DNA of 32,000 nucleotides. Source: an uncultured Chloroflexia bacterium. Lineage in GTDB: Bacteria > Chloroflexota > Ktedonobacteria > Ktedonobacterales > JADMIN01. The stretch lies in contig CAVRAI010000013.1 in NCBI GenBank assembly GCA_963718915.1, forward strand, positions 120,001-152,000, given 5' to 3'. A program made the position numbers and the translations under genes. Shown one piece after another: positions 6,232 through 14,747 of this stretch. How positions within the stretch are numbered: position 1 is the stretch's first letter; each line of letters starts with the position of its first letter. The notes under the pieces were generated by a model. The model was not told the DNA's origin. It worked only from the letters and a program-made list of their open reading frames with translations, and made no database searches.

Positions 6232-7599
6232 ATGAGCGATATGCGCAATGGAACAGGCGAGAAACCGAATGACGTTGGCTCTGACACGTTCACCAGCGCA
6301 TCGGCGCCTCCGCTTCCAGTCATCTATACCGCCCGCGCATCCGACGCCAATGCTATGAATCTGGCCATCGCCGCATGGCTCCATGCTAAGTTCCAGCGGA
6401 GTCGTAGCACCAAAACACAGACAACCTACTCGGCTATCCTTCAAGCATTCCGGTCTCAGTTGCTCTCCCATGGTCTCGATCTCGACGCGGCAGACCCACG
6501 CCGCGTAGCCACCGACCTTGGCGCGGATTCCTCAATGGATGAGAGTGGCTCCGGGTTGGGAGACGCTGTCGCCGAGCGCACCCGCGCGCTTGCACTTGCC
6601 GCTCAGGCGTTCGCAGCTCAACCAGCCACCACGCGCTACGGAGCGCGCCCCATTGCTCCGACGACGGCGAATCTGCGGTTAGCCGCCATCAGCAGCTTCT
6701 ATCGCTATGCACTGCGCCACGATTTCTTACGTGGCGGGAATCCCGTCGAGCGCGTGGAACGACAAGTGGTGCAGTCTTATGCGGCGGCGCGGCCACTGGC
6801 CTACGATGATCTGCGCGTGCGTCTTGCGGAAATTGACCTGTCCACACCAGCGGGGCTCCGCGATTATGCCTTGCTGTTGCTGGGTTTGCATACCGGTCGG
6901 CGAGTCTCTGAATTGGCCGGACTTCGCCGCGAGCATCTCATCATTCGCGCCAGTCGCGTCGAGATCACTTGGGTGCGTTGCAAAGGTGGCAAGATCATGC
7001 GTGATGAGCTTCCACGGCAGGGCATTCAGGGGCTGGCCGCCGAGGCGTTGGTTGCGTGGGTGATGCGCCTGTATGGTGAAGATGGCGAGGCAGAACCGCT
7101 CATGACGCCTGATATACTCAAGACGATCCATCAGCATGGCGGCCAGACGAGTAACTCATACACCCACACATCATCGTCTGGTAGTCGTAGTGGGCAGACG
7201 CTTGTCGCGACATCACCCGCTAGTGCGCTCGGCCCAACGGTAGCAGGACAGATACGGCAGGAACGACCGGTCTGGATCAGCCTTGCTATGCGCAATGGCA
7301 CGTACGGACATCCCCTCTCAATTCGCGCGATTGCTTTCATCAATGAGCAACGGTTAGGTACCAGTAAAGTTCATACACTGAGGCATACTTTCGCGCGTGG
7401 CTTGGAAGACGCAGGGGCAAAGGTCAGTGAGATTCAGGCGCGGCTGGGACACGCCGATCTTGGCACGACAGGGCGCTATCTTGCCCAACTGCACGCGGGC
7501 GAAAACCCCCATCTGGCGCGGCTGAGCCACCTCTATGGCCTGGAAGACCGCCTCAAACGCAAGCCGGGGCAGCCGGAACCACTTGCAGACGATGAGTGA
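6232..7599 (+). CDS. tyrosine-type site-specific recombinase / phage-family integrase
   Basis: 455 aa. It has an SAM-like core-binding N-domain. Catalytic signatures: TGRRVSEL (Arg I), KGGK hairpin, HTLRHTFA (HxxR), and LGHADLGTTGRYL (His and the Tyr nucleophile). A Ser/Thr/Gly-rich insertion is encoded at about 7130-7270. Confidence 0.9.
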   Translation: MSDMRNGTGEKPNDVGSDTFTSASAPPLPVIYTARASDANAMNLAIAAWLHAKFQRSRSTKTQTTYSAILQAFRSQLLSHGLDLDAADPRRVATDLGADSSMDESGSGLGDAVAERTRALALAAQAFAAQPATTRYGARPIAPTTANLRLAAISSFYRYALRHDFLRGGNPVERVERQVVQSYAAARPLAYDDLRVRLAEIDLSTPAGLRDYALLLLGLHTGRRVSELAGLRREHLIIRASRVEITWVRCKGGKIMRDELPRQGIQGLAAEALVAWVMRLYGEDGEAEPLMTPDILKTIHQHGGQTSNSYTHTSSSGSRSGQTLVATSPASALGPTVAGQIRQERPVWISLAMRNGTYGHPLSIRAIAFINEQRLGTSKVHTLRHTFARGLEDAGAKVSEIQARLGHADLGTTGRYLAQLHAGENPHLARLSHLYGLEDRLKRKPGQPEPLADDE

Positions 7600-7630
7600 G
7601 CGCGGCTACTTAAGAAACACGGAGCCGCTT

Positions 7631-7756
7631 TCAACTTGACTTCGATTCGATATCGTATGAACGAGCCCAGGCGGTATATCCACCTTCGAGGGCGCTGGCG
7701 TTGAACCCCAGCAGCTGGAGCGTACGCGCCACACGGGCGCTTGTAGCCTCGTCGGG
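7631..7756 (-). CDS. in-frame continuation of the rhodanese domain after the TGA (Sec recoding or readthrough candidate, otherwise a pseudogene tail)
   Basis: The same frame as 7757-9232 reads PDEATSARVARTLQLLGFNASALEGGYTAWARSYDIESKSS, then TGA at 7631-7633. This supplies the missing rhodanese C-terminal helix and the GG..W motif. Confidence 0.6.
   Translation of the reverse strand, partial: PDEATSARVARTLQLLGFNASALEGGYTAWARSYDIESKSS
7719..7748 (-). promoter_or_regulatory. SECIS-like hairpin candidate downstream of the in-frame UGA
   Basis: The mRNA is GGCUACAAGCGCCCGUGUGGCGCGUACGCU. The upper stem is GCGCC/GGCGC (5 bp) with loop CGUGU. The lower part can pair (CUA/UAG and GGC/GCU) with bulges. 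It spans nt 9-38 after the UGA. Confidence 0.35.
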
Positions 7757-9232
7757 TCAGGTACAGTATGCGACGACCCTGCGGTGTTTCGCCGCTGGAT
7801 CGATCTGCGCGGCCCACTCGCGGATCTGGTCCGGCAGCACCCGCACGCTCCCCGGAATCTGGCCGTCGCTCTTCGCGTAGTGCGCTCGCGAGCGCACATC
7901 CAGTATGATCGGCGGTGGCGAATCGTCCATCATAGCCTTTAATTCCTGGGGGGTGATACGCTGAACCTCGGTGGCTTCACCTTCAAAGAGTCCATTGGCG
8001 TCGCTTGCACGCTCCTCAGCCATGGTGATGCTGGACTGCGCCACTCGCGCACCATACCAGCGCGCCGCGGGGGTCGCAGTCACACCATGAACCAGAACAG
8101 AGACCATCACTACGACACCGGTAATCGCCAGCAGACTGGTCGCTTGCGGAGCGCCAGCCGCTACTACGAGCAGAGCCAGTAACAACGCAGAGAGGCCGCG
8201 CGGACCAAACCAGGCGATAAATGCGCGGGCGATGGGACTCATTTTGGCGCGCAGCAAGGCTATCCCCATCGCGCCTGGGCGTACCACGAAGATGGCGATA
8301 ATGGCAAATACCAACGCCAGGCCAAAACTTATTGTTCCAAAGAGCGGCCCCAATATCGCGCCGAATAGAATGAACGCCAGGAGCATCGCCATCTCAGCGG
8401 TCACCTCGCCATAATCCATGAAACAGTCGCAGAGCGTGACATCAAAGAGTGCGACGGCCAGCCCGGCAAAGAAGGCGGCAAGGAATCCATCACCGCCGAG
8501 CGCCTGAGCGGCAGAATAGGAAGCCAGCACCAGCCCAATGCCATACAATGCCTGATACTCGCGCCGGATCGAGTAGCGCTCATCAGCCTTACCCATCAGC
8601 CACGCGCCAATACCGCCAACCGCAATCCCGATAATGGGGCTGAGCACAAGCAGCCGTGCGAGGAAGCCGAGCCAGTGACCAGCGCCCCCGCCTCCATCCA
8701 GCATGATCTGAATGGCTATCAAAACTATGGGCAGCACAATGATGTCATTGGTGCCAGCCTCTATGGTGAGCGTACGCCGTACCGAGCGGGGAATGCGCTC
8801 ATCGCGCACGACATCGCGCAGCACGATGGGATCAGTCGAGGCCAGCACAGCGCCAAGCAGTAAAGACTGAATTGGCGCTGTGTGTAGCAACAGACCGGCC
8901 GCAACCGAGATGCCAGCGATGGTCAGCAGCGTTCCCGGCCCAAGGTCGAGTAGTGGGATGCGCCACTCACGCCGTAGTTCGTCAACATCGAAGCGTGCGG
9001 CATCCAGAAACAGCACCAGCGCTAAGTTAAGCGCCGCCACTGCCTCCAGAGCTGGATCATTTGGGGTAATCCTGATGAGTCCAATCGCGCCTGGCCCAAG
9101 CACCAGGCCAAGCGCCAGGAAAATGATGGGCAGCGAGAGTGGAGCGCGATCAACGATGCCCGAGGCCAGCGCGGCTACGGTCAATACCACGGCGAGAATT
9201 GCGAACCATAATGCCACTGGCTCCACGGGCAA
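7757..9232 (-). CDS. CPA1-family cation/proton (Na+/H+) antiporter fused to a C-terminal rhodanese domain, as called up to the in-frame TGA
   Basis: 491 aa. There are about 11-12 TM helices with Na_H_exchanger-like sequence (ASTDPIV, GTNDIIVLPIV). A rhodanese N-part follows (ILDVRSRAHY...IPGSVRV...RRVVAYCT). The ORF ends at TGA 7757-7759, in the middle of the domain. The true start may be GTG 9226, which has GGGAG 7 nt upstream. Confidence 0.9.
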   Translation of the reverse strand: MPVEPVALWFAILAVVLTVAALASGIVDRAPLSLPIIFLALGLVLGPGAIGLIRITPNDPALEAVAALNLALVLFLDAARFDVDELRREWRIPLLDLGPGTLLTIAGISVAAGLLLHTAPIQSLLLGAVLASTDPIVLRDVVRDERIPRSVRRTLTIEAGTNDIIVLPIVLIAIQIMLDGGGGAGHWLGFLARLLVLSPIIGIAVGGIGAWLMGKADERYSIRREYQALYGIGLVLASYSAAQALGGDGFLAAFFAGLAVALFDVTLCDCFMDYGEVTAEMAMLLAFILFGAILGPLFGTISFGLALVFAIIAIFVVRPGAMGIALLRAKMSPIARAFIAWFGPRGLSALLLALLVVAAGAPQATSLLAITGVVVMVSVLVHGVTATPAARWYGARVAQSSITMAEERASDANGLFEGEATEVQRITPQELKAMMDDSPPPIILDVRSRAHYAKSDGQIPGSVRVLPDQIREWAAQIDPAAKHRRVVAYCT

Positions 9233-9260
9233 GCTCCCTGCTGGTATTCGTTGAGATTAC

Positions 9261-11285
9261 CTACTGCTCTGGCTCTGGTACACGACTGCTATCGCTGCCA
9301 CTGCCTGGCTCATCCGGTATCCGGGTGCGCTCAGCAAATGCCACAAAGTAGGCAATCGTGTGCGGGTTACTCATTGAGTCGCGGTTAGCAACCTTTCCGA
9401 CATCCGCACCGAGCAGTATCTTCTTAATCGGCAGCTCCAGTTTTTTGCCGCTCAGTGTCCGTGGTACCTCATCGATGACGAATATTTCGCTGGGAACGTA
9501 GCGCGCCGAGAGCGCAGTGCGTAAACGCTCGGCAATCCGCGCCTTGAGTGCGTCATCCAGTTCAGCGCCTGGCGCGAGAACCACGAATAGTGGCATATAC
9601 GATGGTCGCCCGAGATACTCGAGATCGACGACCAGGCTATCGAGAATCTCGGGCAGGTCTTCCACCACGCGATAAATCTCGCTTGTTCCCATGCGGATGC
9701 CCATACGGTTGATGGTCGCATCCGAGCGCCCATAAATGACGACTCCTTTGGATAGTGTAATTTTAACCCAGTCACCATGCCGCCAGACGCCTGGAAATGT
9801 CTCGAAATAGCTCTCACGGTATCGTTGGTTGTTGTTATCGTTCCAGAAGTAGATAGGCATAGACGGCATCGGCTCGGTGATAACCAGTTCGCCAACTTCA
9901 TTCTCAACGGGCATACCGGACTCGTCGAACGCATACACGGCGCAGCCAAGGCAGCGACACTGGATTTCTCCCGCACGCACCGGCAAAATTGGACATCCAG
10001 CTACAAATCCTGAACAGACATCTGTTCCTCCACTGACAGATGCGAGCCAGATTTCGGGCTTTACATGCTCGTAGACCCATTGGAATCCATCAACCGAGAG
10101 TGGCGAGCCAGTTGAGCCGATGCCTTTGAGTTTGTCGAGATGGAAGGTCGTTCCAGGGCCAACACTTCCCTTCATCAGCGATCCGACGTAGGCCGCGCTC
10201 GCGCCGAAGAATGTCATATCAGACTCTTCTGCGAACGACCAGAGCGCTCCGAGGTCGGGATATCCTGGGCTGCCGTCATAGAGTAATACCGTGCAGCCGA
10301 CGAGAAGTCCACCGATGAGTAGATTCCACATCATCCAGCCGGTCGTAGAGAACCAGAAAAACCGGTCATCTGGCTCAAGGTTCATATGCAACGCGAGCGA
10401 TTTCAGATGTTCGAGTACGATTCCACCGTGGCCCTGCACGATAGGCTTCGGCAGGCCGGTTGTGCCTGACGAGTAGAGCACCCACAGCGGAGCGTCAAAC
10501 GCCACCTGCTCGAAAGTCAGCGTGTCGTCGTGGGCGAGCGCCTCGCTCCAGGAAATCGCGTTGGTGAACTCACTCGCGGACGCCTCTTCATCGAGATAAG
10601 ACACCAGCAGAAGATGTTTGAGTGAGGGAAGGGCGCTCTGGAGTTCATGCACCACCTGGCGGCGATCAAATGGTTTGCCATTGTACTGATAGCCATCAAC
10701 CGCGAAGAGCACCTTCGGCTCAATCTGACGAAAGCGATCGACGACGCTGGCTGTGCCCATGTCGGGCGAGCAGCTGGACCAGACAGCGCCCAGACTAGCG
10801 CACGCCAGGAACGCGATTAGTGTCGCGGGAATATTTGGCATATAACCTACGACGCGATCACCGTGCTGCACACCCAGTGCACGGAGCGTCCCGGCGACCG
10901 ATGCAACGTCGTGTCTCAGTTTATCCCATGAAATTTCGGTTATGGGCTGGCGTTCGGAACGAAAAATCAGCGCGGGCCGATCAGATGAGGCGTGCCGAAA
11001 CACCTGCTCGGCGTAGTTGAGGCGCGCACCGGGAAACCACTGGGCGCCCGGCATCTGGCGGCTTCCAAGGACAGCCGAATATGGGCTAGAGGATGTTACC
11101 TCGAAGAACTGCCAGATCGATTCCCAGAAGTCATCGAGGTGCGAGATAGACCATTCCCATAACGCATCGTACGAATCAAAATGCAGTGCTTTGTGCTCGC
11201 GGAGCCAGCCCATGTAGCGCGCCATCGCACTGCTTTGCTGTACTGCGTCGGGCGGTTCCCATAGAATGGTTCCTTCGGCGACCAT
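9261..11285 (-). CDS. acetoacetyl-CoA synthetase (acetoacetate-CoA ligase), AMP-forming
   Basis: 674 aa. The N-terminus is characteristic of acetoacetyl-CoA synthetases (ILWEPP...YMGWLREHKALHFDSYDALWEWSISHLDDFWESIW). The AMP-binding motif is YSSGTTGLPKPI. Only 28 nt separate its stop from the antiporter start. Confidence 0.9.
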   Translation of the reverse strand: MVAEGTILWEPPDAVQQSSAMARYMGWLREHKALHFDSYDALWEWSISHLDDFWESIWQFFEVTSSSPYSAVLGSRQMPGAQWFPGARLNYAEQVFRHASSDRPALIFRSERQPITEISWDKLRHDVASVAGTLRALGVQHGDRVVGYMPNIPATLIAFLACASLGAVWSSCSPDMGTASVVDRFRQIEPKVLFAVDGYQYNGKPFDRRQVVHELQSALPSLKHLLLVSYLDEEASASEFTNAISWSEALAHDDTLTFEQVAFDAPLWVLYSSGTTGLPKPIVQGHGGIVLEHLKSLALHMNLEPDDRFFWFSTTGWMMWNLLIGGLLVGCTVLLYDGSPGYPDLGALWSFAEESDMTFFGASAAYVGSLMKGSVGPGTTFHLDKLKGIGSTGSPLSVDGFQWVYEHVKPEIWLASVSGGTDVCSGFVAGCPILPVRAGEIQCRCLGCAVYAFDESGMPVENEVGELVITEPMPSMPIYFWNDNNNQRYRESYFETFPGVWRHGDWVKITLSKGVVIYGRSDATINRMGIRMGTSEIYRVVEDLPEILDSLVVDLEYLGRPSYMPLFVVLAPGAELDDALKARIAERLRTALSARYVPSEIFVIDEVPRTLSGKKLELPIKKILLGADVGKVANRDSMSNPHTIAYFVAFAERTRIPDEPGSGSDSSRVPEPEQ

Positions 11286-11375
11286 CGTTCTTGTAACCCT
11301 CCTGTTGTGATTCTCTGTCGGCCGTGTCTGTTGTTTGTAGTTATTGACTATATGAAGCTGGAGGTGACGCTTACC

Positions 11376-14300
11376 TCACGTTGCAAGTTTTACAAGAAAT
11401 GTCCTCAACTCGAAAGGGGCGAACATACAGGACCAGCCCTGCCCATTAACCTCTGGCGCATCGTGTGACGCTGCCGCAGATGCTGCCCATAACACGTGGG
11501 CCGGGCTACTTTCCGGCGCCAATGGCCGCTCCAGAAGGTCACACTCGGCGACATCGGCAATAGGAAACGCCGAGTGAATCTGCGCTCGCACGCGATTGCC
11601 GAAGGCTTCATAAAGACGTACGACGATAGCTTGACCAGCTTGAGAGCGCTTGATCGCCTCAATGACAACATTATCGACATTTACCATAAACATGCTAGCT
11701 GTCGGAAGCTGAAGACTGCCACTTATCGAACCTCCAGCATCGCCTGTCGAGGCATGAGGGGCAGTATAGGTCACCATGGGGCGATTCAGCGCATAGGCCG
11801 CGGCTATCGTGCCACCTGTGCGCCAGTCTCCAAGATGCGGATAAAGACTGTATGTCACGTTGTGCGTTCCCTGATCAGCCTGCGGATCAGGGAACGTCGG
11901 CGAACGCAGTAATGTCAGCCCCAGGTGGCCTTCACTGACGTCATGGCCGTAACGGCCGTCATTGAGCAGGCTCACACCGTAGTCGCCCTCAGACACATCG
12001 ATCCATCGGTGCGCCGGAATTTCGAATCGCGCCTGTTCCCAACTGGTGTTGCGCGCGAATGGACGTTCGATGGCGCCATATTGGGTCTCGCAGGTGGCAT
12101 GGGTCGCGAGGATGTTGACTTCGAAGCCTGCCTTCAAGAGTATATGCTGCTCATGCCAGTCAATATGGGTCTCGAAGTCAATGCGCGGATTCACGCGATA
12201 GAGAGTAATCCGCTGCGTGATCGTGCTCATGCGGAATCGCCGCTCAACACGGGCTACCGCCCGTAGCGGTCCGCGCTCGACCAAAGTCACCGCAACGGAC
12301 TCCAGTGGATATGCCTTGCGCATGTAATAGGCATCGATATCCCACGCATCGAACTCGCGCGGCAGATCTTCATAGGCGGTCAACACATTCGCGCGCTCAC
12401 CAGATGGAACGACTTCCCGCCCACCTATTACCCGATGATCGCGCAATGACACGATCTCCCCGGCGTCGTTCAATCTAATAGTAAAGAATGCGTTTTTCAG
12501 CCAGATGCCTGTATCGCCTTCGCCCGCCTCTACATCCTGAACCTGAGAATCCTCATCCACACTATCTGGCTCTGTTGGCTCACTGATCCGCTCAATTGCC
12601 AAAAGCCCGCGTCCAGGAATGTCCGGCAGTTCGACCAGCTGTGTAGACGTATCATTCGCGACAACGCTTTGCGTCGGCAGAAGCTTGCCCGCTACTCGAG
12701 GATAGCTACCATTGCCTGGGTTGGGAAGCGCCAGCAACTCCTTGCGCGCGAATGGTGAAGGATTGAGCGCAACGATAGCGCCACGTGGCACATCGCCGAC
12801 CAGTCGTTCCATCATGTCTGCTGTAGAGCGCAAGAGATGCTCGACGAGTTCATCGAGAGCCAATCGCGCATCCCAGTACACGGTTGCAATGGACGACCCC
12901 GGCAGGATATCGTGGAATTCATGCATGAGCAGTATACGCCATGCATTATCCAGCATCTCACGCTGATCTTGCGCCTGATCAGGATGGAGCGACCAGTTCC
13001 AGGCGTCGAGCCACTCCGCCAGCAGTAGCGCGCCTTCAAGCTGGCGGTGCATCCTCTTCAGCCAGCTTTGGGTCGTATACGTGCCGCGATGGTATTCAAG
13101 ATACAGTTCGCCTTCCCATCGCGGCACATCAGCGTTCTGATCGATGGTCGCGAGTAACCGCTTGAAGTACTCATCGGCACGCCCCAGACGAAGCTCCGGC
13201 GTACCAGGAAGCTGTTGTATCGCACGTGCCTGCTCCAAATGTTGGCGCGTCGGCCCGGCGCCGCCATCACCATGACCGAACGCCAGCAGTGTCTCATGGA
13301 TGACTGCCTTTTGACGGTATCGCTGCCAGACACCTCGCACAGCGTCAACGTTGAGTGAGCCGTTGTAGGTATCCATATGAGCAAATAGCGCAGGCGCGCC
13401 AAGGGTAGGTGTTGTAATGAAGTGGGCAAGTACCGTGCTTCCGTCAATGCCGCACCAACGAAAGGTATCGGCGGGAATGCGGTTGGTTTCACTCCAGCTC
13501 ATCTTGGTCGTCATGAAAACTGGAATGCCAGCCCGCAGCATAATTTGGGGCAAGGCAGCGGAATAGCCAAATGCGTCTGGCAGCCAGAGCACAGAGTACT
13601 CGCGCCCAAATTCCTCACGCAGAAACCGCTGTCCGTAGAGGATCTGCCGTACCAGCGATTCCCCCGACACCAGATTGCAATCTGATTCGACCCACATTGC
13701 GCCAGCTACTTCAAATCGCCCTTGCTCGATGCGCGAGCGTACCCGTTCATAGAGCTCCGGATAGTCATCCTTGAGCCAGGCAAAGACCTGTGGCGTAGTG
13801 TGCAGAAAAACATATTCAGGATACGTATCCATCAACGCGGTCGCGATAGAGAACGTGCGCGCGGCTTTCTCGCGGGTATGGCGCGTCTGCCAGAGCCACG
13901 CGACGTCCAGGTGACCATGCCCAACGGCAGTAACGACCGGGCGGCTTACTGGCTGAAAACGTTGCGAGAGTGCGCGCAAATCTGCATCAAGCTGGTCAGC
14001 CGCCACCCGAACAGACCGGTACAAACTGTCTTGAGCCAGATTCACCGTATCGTAGGCAGCATCTAGCGCCGATGCCAACGCATAACAGAGCGGATCGTGC
14101 TCATCGAGTACATCGACAAGGTCGGCGCCAGCGCTGAACAGGTGCGTTAACCGCTCAGTTGGGCGATCCAGCAGCGCGATCTCAGCCGTTTCGATACGGT
14201 GATCCTCAGGGAGCATGCCACTCCAGGCGCGGACATCAAATGTCAATTCGCCACGACGGAGATCTTCGTGGCGAAGCAAGACATCCGCGTGATGACGATT

Positions 14301-14663
14301 AATGCCCTGCTGCAGCCGCCCATTGACATAGAGCAATCCCTCGGGCCAGCCGAATTCACTACCACGGCCGAGGAGTAGTCGCAGCACTATTGCTTTCTCG
14401 CCATTATCGAGCTGCGCAAGCCATGCATCTGGGGTCTCTATTACAGCATGAAACCAGGCATTTTGGTCATGGCCGCCCCAGCGACTTCCAGTACGAACTG
14501 GCAGCCAATCGCCGCTGTCGCTGGATGGAATCGGCATCTCATGTGGCGCAATGTTACTCCCAATGTCGAGCATGCGCAGGTTACGAAGCATGCGACTCTC
14601 GGCATAGATCCGTGGCCACAGTTCGATCAGTGCGCGGCGCAGCCGCTGCATTGAAGGTCGCAT
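11376..14663 (-). CDS. glycoside hydrolase family 38 alpha-mannosidase
   Basis: About 1095 aa. The GH38 N-terminal metal-site motif is VGHGHLDVAWLWQTRHTREK. The length and domain order are typical of cytosolic bacterial GH38 enzymes. ATG 14663 has GGAG 5 nt upstream. The ORF track begins one codon earlier, at GTG 14666. Confidence 0.9.
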   Translation of the reverse strand: MRPSMQRLRRALIELWPRIYAESRMLRNLRMLDIGSNIAPHEMPIPSSDSGDWLPVRTGSRWGGHDQNAWFHAVIETPDAWLAQLDNGEKAIVLRLLLGRGSEFGWPEGLLYVNGRLQQGINRHHADVLLRHEDLRRGELTFDVRAWSGMLPEDHRIETAEIALLDRPTERLTHLFSAGADLVDVLDEHDPLCYALASALDAAYDTVNLAQDSLYRSVRVAADQLDADLRALSQRFQPVSRPVVTAVGHGHLDVAWLWQTRHTREKAARTFSIATALMDTYPEYVFLHTTPQVFAWLKDDYPELYERVRSRIEQGRFEVAGAMWVESDCNLVSGESLVRQILYGQRFLREEFGREYSVLWLPDAFGYSAALPQIMLRAGIPVFMTTKMSWSETNRIPADTFRWCGIDGSTVLAHFITTPTLGAPALFAHMDTYNGSLNVDAVRGVWQRYRQKAVIHETLLAFGHGDGGAGPTRQHLEQARAIQQLPGTPELRLGRADEYFKRLLATIDQNADVPRWEGELYLEYHRGTYTTQSWLKRMHRQLEGALLLAEWLDAWNWSLHPDQAQDQREMLDNAWRILLMHEFHDILPGSSIATVYWDARLALDELVEHLLRSTADMMERLVGDVPRGAIVALNPSPFARKELLALPNPGNGSYPRVAGKLLPTQSVVANDTSTQLVELPDIPGRGLLAIERISEPTEPDSVDEDSQVQDVEAGEGDTGIWLKNAFFTIRLNDAGEIVSLRDHRVIGGREVVPSGERANVLTAYEDLPREFDAWDIDAYYMRKAYPLESVAVTLVERGPLRAVARVERRFRMSTITQRITLYRVNPRIDFETHIDWHEQHILLKAGFEVNILATHATCETQYGAIERPFARNTSWEQARFEIPAHRWIDVSEGDYGVSLLNDGRYGHDVSEGHLGLTLLRSPTFPDPQADQGTHNVTYSLYPHLGDWRTGGTIAAAYALNRPMVTYTAPHASTGDAGGSISGSLQLPTASMFMVNVDNVVIEAIKRSQAGQAIVVRLYEAFGNRVRAQIHSAFPIADVAECDLLERPLAPESSPAHVLWAASAAASHDAPEVNGQGWSCMFAPFELRTFLVKLAT

Positions 14664-14747
14664 CACTGCTCCATTATTCTATGTACCGTACATTTGCGCA
14701 CATATATAGCCCTTGACTATAAGAATGACTAAGCCGACGACGATGAC

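Noticed and set aside
7602-7628. Hairpin GCGGCT-N15-AGCCGC followed by TTT, between the integrase stop and the extended antiporter stop, as a bidirectional terminator
   Set aside because: The stem is only 6 bp and the loop is 15 nt, with a very short U-tract. That is too weak to call.
7533-7899. Two minus-strand ORFs (7533-7817 and 7606-7899) covering the region after the antiporter stop
   Set aside because: Both are out of frame with the antiporter and Arg-rich with no motifs. The antiporter's own frame, read through the TGA, gives a clean rhodanese continuation and explains this DNA better.
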